64,000 nt of DNA from Cetorhinus maximus. Its lineage: Eukaryota. The position numbers and the translations under genes are program-made. This document shows positions 37,455 through 51,493 of the stretch, piece by piece; position 1 is the stretch's first letter, and every line of letters starts with the position of its first letter. The notes below the pieces were generated by a model. That model had not been told where the DNA came from and did not search any database. It saw only the letters and a program-made list of their open reading frames with translations. The stretch spans positions 67,580,001 to 67,644,000 of the forward strand of contig NC_135892.1 in the NCBI RefSeq assembly GCF_964194155.1. Direction: 5' to 3'.

Positions 37455-37661
37455 TGTCAGTGAAGCAATGCCCCTCTGGTAGTATTTCAAAGCTTCAGCA
37501 ATACAGGCCAATGCAACACTAGATTCACTCTCCTGTAGGTCAGCCAGACATTGCTCTGCTTTTGAGAATTCCTTCAAACTATTTAGCCAGAAATAAAAGT
37601 GTTCAGAGGCCACTTGTGTCAGCAAGCCATGGTAAAGTTCTCCAGCCATATCGTGGTTTCC
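37455..37661 (-). CDS. INTS7: INTS7 coding exon (~exon 13)
   Basis: GNHDMAGELYHGLLTQVASEHFYFWLNSLKEFSKAEQCLADLQESESSVALACIAEALKYYQRGIASLT; ttttcag acceptor, GTAAGT donor; 207 bp. Confidence 0.96.
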
Positions 37662-40497
37662 CTGAAAATACCATGAGAAAGAAATATCAGTAAAAGACAT
37701 ATCTGCAAACTGGTGACATTTCAAAATGTAAGCGTTGAATGGGCAGAAAAGATTCTTGTCCAAATTTCGCTTCCCATCTTTTAGTCTTTTGTGTTGTACA
37801 TACTTCACTAATTGAAACTACAGGTGACAAACACAGATTTTTCTTCCCATGCAAAGTACTTGGCTTCCTCTCCTCCCCTTTTTGTCATGATCAAACTTGG
37901 AATCTCAGTGTGTGGGGAACTACAGATTAACATTTATGATCTGTCACAGCAGAATGTCTGGCCTGCACACAACTTCAGCCCCTAACTATCTGGTTGATCT
38001 TTAATGCCTTCTTAGCAACCCATCCTGTTGCAGAACAATTGCCACATAATCAAATTTTCTACAATCTAAAGTAAATAAGAGAATGGTTAATGGTCTCAGT
38101 ACCATGTGCATGACATGAAAGTAAACAAATACGTGGTGCCTCTGTAAAGAACAGTTAAGATTGTTCCTACAATTTCAATCCTAGTAGCAGCTAACACTGA
38201 ATCTGAGCCGATGAATTTCATTTGTTCTTGTATTAGCTTGCTAAAATGATAGTGAGCAGGTTGGGTTGGGGGTATTAAACAGACTCTTTCAGCAGAAAGG
38301 TAGCTTAACAATGAAAATCTACTGAGGTTAACCTGTTCCTATGGGAACGATACATCTGGTCACTGCAAATCTAAATTGTTTAATCAGGTAGAAGAAAACA
38401 GAAACCTGGCTGTTTGATCAGTTTCCAAGCCTAGACTCTCCAATCAGATAGTGACTTTCCTTTCTAGTGCAGAAAATGTTAACAATTAGGGGGGGAGGAG
38501 ACCAGGTGGAAAGGGGAGGAAAGGAGATAAGGATCACAAAACTAGAAATGTGATCAAATTGTTCAGGATTTTCGGTGCAACCTTGCTGCACTACTAGGTA
38601 TCTGCCACTAGAGGCTGTAAATAAACTGTAATAAACATTTACAGCCAAAGTCAGAACACGTTCCACACAATGAAGAATACATGATTGACATGCTAATTGC
38701 AGGTTATCCTGATATCCTCTATTTCAGCCCTAGAAACTATCAAATCAGCACAAAGGTCCATGTACTATACTGACACCATACACCAGAGGTGGCTAAACCT
38801 TCAACCTTCTGATTTTCTTCAGACATTTAAGAGCCACAAGACACGGACAACCTTTACAGATACGTTTTTATCACTATTGCTTCCGTGATAAAACCTTCAG
38901 CTTTTTCCTCTATCTTCCACACTTCCTTCACACACAATTCAGATCATGGCAGAAACAAATCTGTTTCACTGACACACATCAGAGCTAGCACATGCTCAGT
39001 TTAACTGACTTTGGCAGCCTTGCCCTTACAATGTGAAAAATCAGTCAAGAGGTTAAAAACAATATTGATTTTACTTGAAAAAAGTTGTAACCACCTACTT
39101 AACAACAAATTTGAATCAGAGTACCAGTGTCCCAATACAGTAGATTCTTACATTCCTGTCCTGCATTAATCTGTTTCCTCCCTTTCCGGACGGAGGCTGC
39201 AAGTTGAAGGGTCAGCAGCGAGAGGGTGGGTTGGGGAGCCATGGCCCAATATAAGATGGCGGAAACTATGAAAGAAATCTCATGACGGTGCTGGAGCGCC
39301 ATCCCAGTGCTGCTGCCTGCTCTCCGGTTCTCTCCTGTGATGCGGTTTGTTGCCGAGGCTGCATCCGGCTGTTTATCTCCCTCCAACGCATGATTTAATG
39401 GGTTTCACAGCACAAGGAATGAGCTGCGCTTTTGTGTGTCAAAGACCTGCATGCAGCTCATGGGCCACAGTCTGGTCACCCCTGCCATATACCAATAAGT
39501 CATAAACCTCCAATTTTTAACTAATACCTGTAAGATGGTTTTCAGAATATGCATTAAAAGATTGAATTACTTGTTTGAATTCTGGTGAAAGGATAAAAGT
39601 GAATGAATAAATTTCATAAAGTATGAATAAAAAACTCAGTTAAGTTTCTTAGACATAACCTACCTTTACAAATCCTTTTTGTTGGCTCTCTCATCAGTTC
39701 AAATTTCTTCAAGGGTCACTCACTCTGTTCTTAATTATAGGTTCCAATAACTTTCCCACAACAGATGCTAGACTAACAAATCAATATTTTTCTTGTTTTC
39801 TCTCTCACCTTTCTTAAGTATGGAACTTTGATATTTTTCAATATTAAAATACAATTCCTGAATTTAGAATGCTTTGAAAGATTCTGGCTAAAGCATCTGC
39901 AATTTCAACTACTTCCTTTAAAATCCTGGGGTGGAAACCATCTGGCCCTGGGAATTTGTTGATCTTTTAAGTGCCATGATTTTTGCTAATATTCTTTACT
40001 TGCAATTCCGGTCCTTGACTAATTATTTCTTCCTTGAAATGTCAGATTGGTTATCCTCTTCCTCCACTGTGAAGAGGCAGAGGAAGTAGATATTCACTCG
40101 GACATGAAGTTGGGCAGCCTGACAGCATGCAGATGATTGACATGGTTGAACAAAGTGCCAGAGTTGACAATGCAGAATCAAAGAGAAACATTGCTGGGCT
40201 GTAGTGGTCACTTTCAGAGAGGGAAGAATGAAAACATGCAGGGGTTGTTCAATAGACTTAGAAAATGGCAGAGAGGTGTTACAGGGTAATGGAGAACAGC
40301 ACAGTTGAACTTGTCAAATGCTGCAGGGGTGTAGACGGTGATAAGGTGGTATAATGTACTGTGGCTGCAGTCACGTGGTGAAATTTGTGATTTTGGTCGG
40401 GGCAATCATGATATTATCAGCAGGGCAGAAACCAGACAAGAGAGATTCAAGTAGTGAATTGCAAGGGAGTTTTAAGCATACACAACTGTGGAACAAT

Positions 40498-41154
40498 GGC
40501 CCAAACCTTCCAGTTTCCAGATTATCAGAGACTGGACACATGGCTAGAGATGCATGTAGGGACCCTGTGGAAATCATGGGAATTGCCCAGGCCATTTTAA
40601 CTTCTGACAGGCAATTCCCCTGCTTCCCGCGACTCTCTGCGAAAGTCTCTAACTCGGAGCTAGAGGCAGAGTCTTTGGACAGTTCCAATTTACTTACCCA
40701 GGAAATGTTAGACAGAAAATGACCTGGTCTAACTCCTGGGTAATTCCAGAATTGACTCGCAACCACACGTGCCAACCCCCTCATGCCCTGACTACTACTG
40801 CTCAAGCCCTAACTACCCCCACACTCCCTGACCACCCCCTACCCACCTGCCACACCCACCCTAACACCCTATCCATTCACTCATTTATCCACTAACTCAT
40901 TCACTAACATTCAAACTCGAATTTTAAACTCACTGTAAGGTAGTCAGTGCCGCAAAAAGGGAGAATCTCTTGTCCTGTCCTCCCGCCCCCAGCCCCCCAA
41001 CTCTACCCTACTGCAACGGAGCTCTTTGAGGGACGCTGTGCTCCGCATTTCTGGAAAAGTCAGGCTCGGAAGACCCAGCAAGAGATGCGGAGAAATATTG
41101 AGTCGGGGCAAGTTCGAGAGGAGTAGTAATTCCACTCCTCGGAAGATACAGGCC
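40498..41154. mobile_element. MITE (PIF/Harbinger-like)
   Basis: Imperfect TIRs GGCCCAAACCTTCC and GGAAGATACAGGCC with AAT TSD; a related element in opposite orientation starts near 43892. Confidence 0.65.
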
Positions 41155-41686
41155 AATATGCTCTCGTAGCTCAAAGAGGAAAGGGAGGTTAGGGATGGGT
41201 CACTAAAAGAATCCGCCTCCTGCTCCTTTGCTTACTTTCACATTCACCTGTTAACTGCACCTTCTGGCCCCTATTTATAGGTGGATAATGGGATGCTTTT
41301 CAGAGGTGGAGGGGGGGATTGTGGAGAAAGGTGGAGGTTTTGGAAAAAATCACAGGGGTTGCATTTAAGCAAGGGGATACAAGAACACTGCCTATGTTTG
41401 CTTCCACTCCTGCCTGTTTGAACACAACCAGCAAACATCCTCGATGACAGAGAATCTAATAGTCCATCCAGCTCACACGTACTCCTTAGCAGAGTCTGAA
41501 ATAACCCTGGGTGTTTTCACTAGGCAGAGAATAATGAGTAGGGAGAAACCTTTAAAAAGGAAGACATCATGCTCCAGTTTCCAAGTTACTTTTAGGAGAA
41601 ACAGATGTTCCTCACAAATCTCAGGTTTTGACATATTAGCAATACTTGCTTAGTGTTTAGCTATAATTCATTCATAAAATACTCAC

Positions 41687-41824
41687 CATTCTGGATGCCT
41701 GTCGGGCAATTCTGTAAACTGTCCAGCCATTGGCGACATTTTCCAATTGTTGTTTTATGACGCTTTTGACTTCAGAAGACAAGGTTTTCTGATTGGCTAC
41801 AAAAATAACTGTAGCCAATGCTAC
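41687..41824 (-). CDS. INTS7: INTS7 coding exon (~exon 12)
   Basis: Manual translation VALATVIFVANQKTLSSEVKSVIKQQLENVANGWTVYRIARQASRM; gccag acceptor, GTGAGT donor; 138 bp. Confidence 0.95.
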
Positions 41825-42790
41825 CTGGCAGGCAAAGAAGCAAAAATACCGAAAATAAATTTTAAAGTGTAAGGCAACAACTTACATTTATAGTGTCTTT
41901 AATGTTATAAAACATCCTAAGGTGTTATACAGGGCCATAATCAAACATAATTTGAGCCAATAACAAATTGACCAAGGGCTGAAATGTAAGTAATCAGAAG
42001 ACAAGTCAATTTAGTTTTGGTGTCACTTTGCAATGGCAATTTCATAAACAAAACCAAGGGCATAAACACAATGTGGCTATTTTTTGAGAAAATAATATTT
42101 TTAAACAATTTTGTATTTTGGAGTGACACTATGAAATGAAAATTACTGGAGGCAAAATACAAATTTTCTTTGGTAAAGAAAAATTTCATATTCATTTGTC
42201 AAATTAAATGAGTTGCATATCAAAGGATCGTGTCACTTTTCAAAGGAATAATGATCGATTCTGAGTTTAAAAAAATAATTTTTACTTAAGCTAGTATTTT
42301 AAAATAATTTTAACAAATCCTAGCTTTATTTTTAATACCTTAAAAATACAGGCTTTATGGGTTGATTCACCAAAGGTAATAATTCAGGTAATTAAAGGCA
42401 GTCAGCTAACATCATTGGCAAGTAAACCTTGAGTCCATAGCATAGGATGAAACGTACTCTTAGAAAGACATAGGTTTGTAAAAAAGCAAATTATGAATGA
42501 CAAATTAAATAATAATGTATTCATAAAGACAAATGTAATAGCTGTGGTCTGTGTGAATCATTAAATATATTTGATCAGGTGTCATTGAGAGCTGGCATAG
42601 ATGCACTGGGCTGAATGGCCTCTTTCTATGTAGTAAAATGTTATGATTCTCCCAAGCGATTCTACTTGTCAATGCTATACAGTCAATGGACTATTTTCTT
42701 GTACAAATCAGTAACACCAGAGTCTGAAGTACTCATGTTCCTTTCATTCAAATGCACGATCCTCATTAAATAAATATGGAGATTTTTTAC

Positions 42791-43030
42791 CAGAAGTTCT
42801 TGTTGCTTGTCTGTCGATGAAGATCCAATCATGTTGTACAACTCCATCAGTTCGCCTAGCATCCCTTCTCCCAAGACAGGCAACTGCACTGCTATAGCTG
42901 CAAGGCAATGGCACATTGGAATACGAGCAGTGTCCTGTGCACTATGTAGTTGGGTCAGCAGAGATTCAACCACTGGCTGACTCAGGTGTGGGCGACTACG
43001 CATCAGCTTTACCATGCAAGTAAATGCAGT
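42791..43030 (-). CDS. INTS7: INTS7 coding exon (~exon 11)
   Basis: TAFTCMVKLMRSRPHLSQPVVESLLTQLHSAQDTARIPMCHCLAAIAVQLPVLGEGMLGELMELYNMIGSSSTDKQQELL; 240 bp, AG/GT. Confidence 0.96.
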
Positions 43031-44760
43031 CTGTACAAGAGGAAAAAATACAACATTTGAGCATATCAAATCTATGAATCCACTGATGTCAAAGAAACAC
43101 ATTAGGATTCCACAAGTACCAATGAAGACACCAAGAGCACAGACACCCGGCTTATTACAACATCAGAGAAAGACAAACTTTATAGAATAATTAGAAAAAC
43201 ATGGCACTGATATATAGTATTAAAAAATAACAGCAACAAAAACATTATTATCCCGCCAACCGCATGATGGACCAGAGATGGTTAATGCGTCAGAAGTGCA
43301 AAAATGTGACACTAAACTGCCATGCATGTCCATTTTTGCAGCAAAGTCTGACTTTCTCCAGCACCCAACTGGCACCATGTCAGATCCTCCGGCACTGCCA
43401 CCATGATGTTTGACCTTACACTCCCACCTAGCATGATAGCTGATCTTTTCACACCAAGTCGTGATCACCAACATCCCTCCCCACCAATTCCCATGCATCG
43501 TCCCTGAGTCTCCAGCTGTAGCTCCCTGCTGCTGGATTTTTCTCTGGTTGCCGGATGGGAAACAGATCCAAAATGATGAGATATTGCTGTTAATTTCAGC
43601 AGGGCCTCCATGTCCCAGGCCTTGTCGTGTCCTTGAGTCTATCATTCATTCCCATAGCCCCATAAATATGGAGCTCGAAATAATTAGTGTTTCACCATGT
43701 ACTGAGAAAATTTTATTGTCAGGTACTATAAGGTATCAGTAATTCTTGAGCTTTAGATTAGCTTCCAACTGTTTCAGTCTGATTGTTCATCTAGGTATCT
43801 ATCTTCTAATCCAAACCATCCACGTCCTTCACACTTGCTCATTTCCTTGGAGTGGCAATCAACGTCGGATTGCCACTCTGTGTCCAATTACTGGCGTGGA
43901 TTTTCTTCTGTACCTGCCTCGCCTGACCTTCTGACTCAGGCTGGGCGAGATCCAGGCAGCACAGCTGTCCTCGAGGCCCAGTGTGCAGTCCGGCAGAGTC
44001 GAAGTGAAGGAGGATACGCTCCCTTTTTTTACAGCAGTAGCCGGGGCTTGGGGTGTGTGTGTGTGTGTGGGGGGGGGTTGGAATACGTCTGGGGTGTGTG
44101 TGGTTGCTGGGGGAGGGGGGTGCGAGGGACTCCTATGGAGGGCTAGGGAATACTGTTAGTCATGGCGTGGGGGGAGTCCCCTGGGGGTTCAGTCTGGGTC
44201 TTTGCAATAGTTACCCAGAAGTTAGAAGAGGTTTTATTCTTCTAACTTTTTCTGAGTAACTATTCATATAATCCTGTCGGAACCACCTTACAATTTAAAT
44301 TGCATTTTCAGATGGTTCCCAGCAAAGGGCAATTGCCCAGGAAGTTTGCGCTTCTGGGCAATTGCTGTGCCAAACCCTTACCGGCGAAGTTCCAAAAGAG
44401 TTTTCACAGTCCATCTTTGGGGCAGCCACTCAATCCGACGCTGGGGAACTTGGAACGTGCGGCCCAATGTCTCAGTTACATTTTACCAGGGTGGACCCTG
44501 CAATTTGAGGCTGCCTCACCTATCCAGCCAGCTGGCCCCTGCCCAGCACAAGCCTTTGACTTAGCTGCCAGGCCCTGGGTTTGAAAGCACTAGCTCCCAG
44601 TCATAGATTTTGCTACTTCCTGCTTGAGTGGGACCACGTAGTGAGGCTGAGGCCTTGAACACCATAACAAAATATAGCCACCTATCAATGCAAGCATAAA
44701 ATCAGGGCTCAATACTCAAGGCTGCACTGATTTTAATAGTAATACTTAAAAAAAAACTAT

Positions 44761-45260
44761 GGCCTGAATTTCATGCTCACCTGTGACAGGGTTTTTAGGT
44801 CGTGGTGGTGGGGGGGGCGGGGGGAATTGAAGGAATGGGATTCCCTCTGGGTTCCTGCCCGCCATAACCGGGCAGGTATTTTACAATGGACAAGGCCATG
44901 GACAGGCCCTTGCCTCAATTTAGGCCCTCAAGCAGCCAATTATTGGCCACTTGAGGGCCATTTCCTGCCTAGTCTCAAACTTTAGGCTGGCGGGAGGATT
45001 TACCTGGCATGGGGGAAGCCTGAAAATGAACGGGCTTAGGCCTCAAGCAGGAAAGGGGGGGGGGCGCCTCCATCAGAAGCCCCCTTCTGACTTTGGGCGC
45101 TCATCCCCTTAAGGTCTAGTGGCTGCTGGACCTCCCTTCCCTCCCTAGCCAATCAGATTGGCTGGCAGCTCTCAAAGGTGAGACTTCCTCCTAAGTGAGA
45201 GGCAGAAGTCCTGCCTGCAGCCAACTGACGCTTACAGGTTACAGCATGCACTAGGCTTTG
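44761..45260. mobile_element. MITE related to 2626-3218 (right end unclear)
   Basis: Starts TAT|GGCCTGAATTT; shares internal motifs (CCAATATTGGCCACTTGAGGGCC, GATTGGCTGGCAGCTCT) with 2626-3218 and ~14134-14645. Confidence 0.55.
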
Positions 45261-46793
45261 GGGCAGTAATATCTTCAAGTATACATCTGCTGTGAATATT
45301 TACAGAATAATTTTCAGACTTTGTCCTGCATTTATATTAACTGTGGGTGGGGGCAGGGGGGTGGGTGGGGGGAGAAAAAGAGGGAGAGGGATGTATTTTG
45401 CTACTGCCTTTCAGTCTCTGCTTGCTTTCTTCAAGTTCCTTGTTCTGTACTTGCAAGCCCAAGGTAGGCACCGACCTCACTGTTTTCTCCCTCCTAGCCT
45501 GAGCATCTCCATTCCCTTCCTCCGAGTCCTGGAAGGTTCCAGCTTCCTTGTCCCTACCTCCTGGTCCCAGTTTTCCTGTTCATTAGCTCCCAACACCTGG
45601 TTCCTCGATGCGCTCTACTTGCTCACTTCTACCAGTCCTGACCTCCTGTTCTTCCCTTCCTAGTATTCACTTCACTTGCAAACTAGGATACTGCTTCACA
45701 ATTACATTCCTCATTCCCTAGAAGGGGGTGGAGTTGCAAGCCCAGTGACTGTCAGAATCTTGAGACACTCAATCAGGCTCCAGTTTTCTGTAGGCGGATT
45801 CAGGAGGCGAAGGGAGAAAGGAGAACCAGTGGAAAGGAGAGCAGGGATAGAGAGCGAGGGGGAAAGAGGGAGTGCAAGAAAAGGGGCATGGGGAAAGAGA
45901 GAGGTGAAAATGGAGAAAGAGCTGACTGCAAGAGAAGACAAAAGACAGAGGGCACCAAAAAAAAAGTGGGGAACAAGTGGAGACACTGAGTTATGTGGAG
46001 TGATTTGTGCATTAGATAAACCAGTACATACCACAGATGTTTACACTGTGAAATGCTAATGAGTTCTGCATACTCGGCCTTCATAAATGGGACCAGCAGT
46101 AAAAAAGGGGACAGATTTATAAGCAAATTCAGAAAAATTTAATATCTTAATGACACTAAATCACAGTATAATGATGATCTTTTGAGCACTGAAACATTGT
46201 CAAAACATTACAACTCTAGTTGTCTTCATATTTCAAAAATGACAAAGGGAAAAGTGTACAATGATGTTCAGTGATTTATCACAACACCGACCTCGCAATC
46301 TCATGTACATTAAAATGATAAGTGCAGTCAGATAGAGCAGGAAAGATAGCAGGACGAATAGAAGGTGTGCCTTCCCCAGGATGATCTTATATTCCCTCCG
46401 ATAGGCAGTTTACAGTGGCATGCTGAGGGGCTGAGAGCAAGTTGGCCAACTCATTCAGCTGTAATTAGTGGATGGATGGCAGCAAAATTAGAAAAAACGT
46501 TTTTCTCAAACAATGAAGGGTTGGGGGTTGATCTAGGTTCATATTTATAGTTCATAATGTGAAAACACTTGTGCATTACATCCTAGTCTATTATTAAAAT
46601 TATTTCTTACTGCTTCCCTTTCACATCGTTGCCCTTTCCCATTTTTTCTTCTTTTTCACTTAATAGAATCATGCAGCACAGAAGGAGGCCATTTGTCCAG
46701 TCATACCTGTCCCGGCCTTTCAAAAAAGCTGTCCAATTTATTAGCACATCCCAGTCTTTTCTCCATAGCTCTGCAAATTAATCCTTAAGTACA

Positions 46794-47458
46794 CAAGCAA
46801 GATACTTCAGATGCTGGATATCTGAAATAAAAACAGAAAATGCTGCATATACTCAACAGGTCTGGCAGCATTGGTGATGAGAGAAACAGTTAACGCTTCA
46901 GATCTGTGACCTTTTATCAGAACTGGAAAAAGTTAAAAATGTGATAGGTTTTGACCAAATGAAAGGAAGATCAACAAAAGGGAAGGTCTTTGATAGGATG
47001 TGAGGGGCAGGAGAGATTAAATGATAAAACATGTGTCCAGAGGAGGTGTGAAAAGCAGGACAGCTGTTGTAACAAATGGAAAGTACATTAGAAAGCAAAA
47101 AACAACAAATAAACATGAAAAAAAATGGGGGAAGAGATTATGATCCAGAACTGTTAAACTCAATGTCCAGTCCAGGAGGCTGTAAAATGTCCAATCGAAA
47201 GATATGGGGTTATTCCTCAAGCTGACAGTAAGCTTCATTGGAACACTGTAGCAGGGGAAGGACAGAAAGGTCAGAGTGGGAACAATGTAGAGAATTAAAA
47301 TGACAGGTGACTGGAAGCTGGTGGTTATGCTTGTGGACTGAATGGAGCTGTCCCAGTTCTGATGATGGTCATAAGATATAAAATTTTAACTCCGTTTCTC
47401 TCTCCACAGGTGCTGCCAGACCTGTTATGTATTCCCAACATTTTATGTTTTTATTTCT
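46794..47458 (-). mobile_element. Penelope-like element with an inverted pLTR at its truncated 5' end, inserted in a CR1 3' fragment (~46665-46790 and ~47460-47650)
   Basis: Minus-strand pLTR 46796-46925, GIY-YIG remnant 47140-47350, plus-strand pLTR 47353-47458; AAGTACA flanks both ends (46787-46793, 47463-47469). Confidence 0.8.
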
Positions 47459-48300
47459 CTTCAAGTACATACGCAATTGCATTTTGAAAGTTCCTATGGA
47501 ATCGGATACCACCATCCTTTCAGGAAGTGCATTCCAGATCATACCAATTCTCTTGTGATGATTGTTCTCCTAATTTCCCCCTAGTTCTTTTACCAATCAT
47601 TTTAAATCTATGCCCTCTGGTTCCTGACCCACTTCCCAGAGGAAACTGTTATTTTTTCAGTTTTCAAATTGCTTCCCGCCCCGTTTATTCTTTTGCAATT
47701 ATGTAGCTGTGACTGAAGCAGGCTGAGAACGTTGTCAGTGGCGCAGACTTCAATCAGGACTCGACAAGAAGTGACTCTCATTATAGTCCCAGCAGTTTAT
47801 CCATTTTAGTGAAACTGCAATTCAAATAGTTCTGCTTAAGTCAGGTGTCTTCCTGTAAAGGAGGGGCAAAAAATAAAACTAGCGATTCCTACTAAAATCA
47901 GCATTTGCAGCATCCTGATATCAGGCCACCCAGTTTGCCCTCTCAGCCACAGTGATATATCCTGTTAAGGAGAAAAGAGGTGCACATACTCCATTGAAGG
48001 ATAACACAGTCTGAAAACAGACTGAACAGGGGCTGTACTTTATTGAGGCCTGTCAGTGTGCTTAATTAAAATATACTGCAGAACTCTAGCTTTAATTTCA
48101 AACAGCACTGATCTGAGAAAAAGTTCATTCTAACAAAAAAAAAACATTTGTTTTATAATTCTTCCTTTTTGGCCACCACACTCAAACTAAAGGGAATGTA
48201 CTGCATCAATATCCTGGGCATGGCAAAAGTAACCCTTCTATGGTAATGGAACTCTCATATGATCCATCTCACCCATGCATGAGCAAATCTTATTCCTTAC

Positions 48301-48398
48301 CTTTAAAGCATTCTGCGCTCCTACACCATTTTCTTGGCTGCAAAGAACTAGGATAGACTGCAGGGCAGAAACTGCATCTTGTTCCAAAGACAAAAAAT
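48301..48398 (-). CDS. INTS7: INTS7 coding exon (~exon 10)
   Basis: Manual translation (D)FLSLEQDAVSALQSILVLCSQENGVGAQNALK; ttgcag acceptor, GTAAGG donor; 98 bp. Confidence 0.93.
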
Positions 48399-51361
48399 CT
48401 GCAAGCAGCAAACATGATCAAAATAAAGTATCTGGGATGGTAGCTAAATATTATTCTACCCCCACTGGTAAGCAGCAAATCCAAGGCGAAGTGTAGGAGT
48501 TTGGGAACTGTAAAAGTCTAGTGCTAATACTGGCTAAGCAATTTCTCTTTTTTGAAATAGTGATATTGACAGAAGCAAAACAGAAGATGTTCTTATCCTC
48601 AGTAAATTCAAGTCAATAGCTCAGTCATAGTTACAATATCTACAGCTGCACCAAGTAAAGGACTTCATAATTACATACTTGATTTGGCCAGTTGGAGTAG
48701 CATTCTTTTTTTTTGGCAGGTCGTAGTGGAAGAGCCAACTGTAATGTTGACAGGATGCAGATGAACATACTCTAACTACGAGCAAAATTTTCTACGATGA
48801 CTGGATGATACCATTTTATTAATACCCAAAATAATGGGCAATATAAATTAAGCTTAACATGCATGTGACCAATTTTCTCAGTCAAGTGTATAACATGTGA
48901 CTATGCTACTTGAACAGCTTTTTGGCCAAAAAAACAATTTTTTCCATTCACATGAATAAAAGTGTGCCTTTGTGCAGCATAGTTTTTGGCACTTCAAAAC
49001 ATCAATTCAGTTTATACTTTAAAAAAAACACTGAACAAGAAATAGCTACAACATATAAAGTTGGATTATTGGCGATCAGAATACAGATTATCAACGGATA
49101 CCTGGGATCCAGAAAGACCAGTGCCTTTGATTATCACTTTTAGTACATGTTGTTGCTTCTTGTTGACTAGTTTTCATTTTGAAACCACTAAAGATCACTC
49201 AACATCACCCAATGCTATTCTGGCCCCTATTTATGGAAAGGATGTTAGGTGATATATGGAAATTGTAATGATGCACCTCTGGCTGTTTAAGGCTAACAGC
49301 GCAAAGTAAATGTAAGTGATTATTGGATCAACACAACAAATTATAAACCAGGTCCGAGAGGTAAAAAGACAAAGTTCAAACTCATGGGGCACCCATCTTC
49401 ATGCATGTTCTTCTGATATAATAGTCATCTGATACCTAACACTCAAATTAAAATATTGTCAATTATGTCACAAAGAAAGGCATTAAGTATATTTTTTCTT
49501 TACTCAATTATGTTATATTTGTTTAAATTTATTTACCTGTGTGAATCAAATTTTGTCTCCAAAATACTCAAGGACAGCATAACTTTAGACCAACATTTCT
49601 GGTGTCCATCAAGCTACTGATCAATTTTCTTCCCCTTCACTGGTTAGGATTTAAGTTTGCTTTTCTCCTTTCTACTGCAATTACCTGCCGTCAGTATTCA
49701 TAGATCATTCTGTGCAAAACCTTGCACAATTTTAATTCTACCCCTCAAATCACATGCACACTTGAACTCAACAGTTCGATGCCCAGCCCGTTATACAGCT
49801 AAAAATAAATTTTATAACAGAATAAGAAAGCGTTCTGGAATAAAATAAAAATTTACAAGCTTCTCTATCTCATCTTTTCTTTGCTCCAATTCTCCTCCTT
49901 TCCCCCTCCTCCCCACCACCTTACACACAATTCCTGACTACACACGAGTAAGATTCAAGAACATCCCTGACTGTGGAATACCCATTCTAGATACTTCATA
50001 ATCAGAACTCAGTTGCGCTATCTAAACCAAAGAACTGCAATTCACCAGCTACTGAGTCTGCATCAACTCGTACACAAAGACCTCAGAAGTGTCGAGTGAC
50101 TAATGCAATGTATCAGAGCAGCCAGGTTATAAATTTTCAGACGCAATGCGCAGACCCAAGACCCAGAGCTAGACACTGCCTCTCGATATCAAATCTGATT
50201 GTAGTGTCTTCCACTCAATTTGATCCTGCTCTAGCTACTGCTTTCTATCCAGGTGTCTTCCCATGGTTAAAGTCTGGGCTTTCCATTATCCCCAGTTCAG
50301 GCCCAGTCCTAGGTCTCGTCTTGCTCACTTGTACCCTTTCATCCATTCCTTTTATAAACAAAAAGAAGTAAATTATTGATTCTTTCAATAAAAAATTTGA
50401 ATCAAAATCCATATTTTTAAATTACATGCTTAACTGTTAACAATATGAGCATAAATTGTTAAATTTAAAGCTAAAAATAATGAATAAACATAAATAAAAT
50501 AAACAAATTATTTAAAGTATTTTCTTCAAAAAGGTTCTTTATAATCGGATTTACTAGTAACCAAATAATACATTTTAAAATCAGATGATTGCAAGAACTT
50601 TAAAGCACATTCCTATTATTGATGCTTAAGAGGTGAAGCTGCATGTTGGTTCACGTTTATTTATAGTTTTTAGAGTGCCAATGACTCATGGAGCTAGAAA
50701 TTTAAATAAGCTCCATGATAGCTTATTTAAATAGATGGCTGTTAGGGCTGCATCTGCCTGTAACTTCCATCATTTGAGTCTATTTCTCTGAACAAAATTT
50801 TAAGGCAAGCAGTCAAAGCATATTAAAATTATGGGCAGGATTAAAGCACCATTTGTCCACCTTCAATAGTGATATTTCAGCTTTTATTATAAACATTAAT
50901 ACAAATGCAATGCTTTTGTTAATAATCTTACACCAGATCTGCAATATAAACAGAATATTCAATGCAGAATTTATCCCAGTCATATCAAAACTATGACATC
51001 TCACTTGGGTTATCAGCATTGATAGATTGGGGTTCTTTCCTCCTGTCCACTCATTTGATAAAAATCTAAATTTTGTCCACTTTTCACTGTAAACATATTA
51101 TAAATATTTATAGGTCCTAATCATTATAAACCACTTTGCCAATGAATTTGCTTCTAATTTAGATTCCTGAATGATTTTCTGAACTTCTTCAATTGATGAT
51201 TCCATGAATGGAGGGGAGGTATATTTGTTTTCTTTTCTCCAGTGTTGTATTATTAAGAGCTAAAATAATTATTCCACCTAGATTTGGCACAAAGACCTTG
51301 CAAAATTCTTGCAATCAATCTAGAGCAACATAACCTCTAGCATTTGTTTTTCAAAGATTAC

Positions 51362-51493
51362 CTTTCTCTAAGCAGGAAGCTACGTTTGTCAGAACAGTAA
51401 CACTGTGGGCTGCAATTGCACTGTTGCTATGGTAACAGCACTCTTGTACAAGTTTTATCAAGTCATCAGGACGTATTGGAGCAGTACTGTTTC
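51362..51493 (-). CDS. INTS7: INTS7 coding exon (~exon 9)
   Basis: (G)NSTAPIRPDDLIKLVQECCYHSNSAIAAHSVTVLTNVASCLEK; AG/GTAATC boundaries; 132 bp, phase 1-1. Confidence 0.93.

Noticed and set aside
45676-46126. Overlapping 100+ aa ORFs
   Set aside because: They arise from a purine-rich low-complexity tract with few stop codons; no recognisable homology or splice context.
46150-46192. C/D box snoRNA (ATGATGA...CTGA)
   Set aside because: Boxes are too close together, lie antisense to the host gene, and have no terminal stem.
46783-46793. CTTAAG as a Penelope target-site preference (also at 14652)
   Set aside because: The matching right flank reads CTTCAAG, so the similarity probably comes from a one-base loss; two sites are not evidence.
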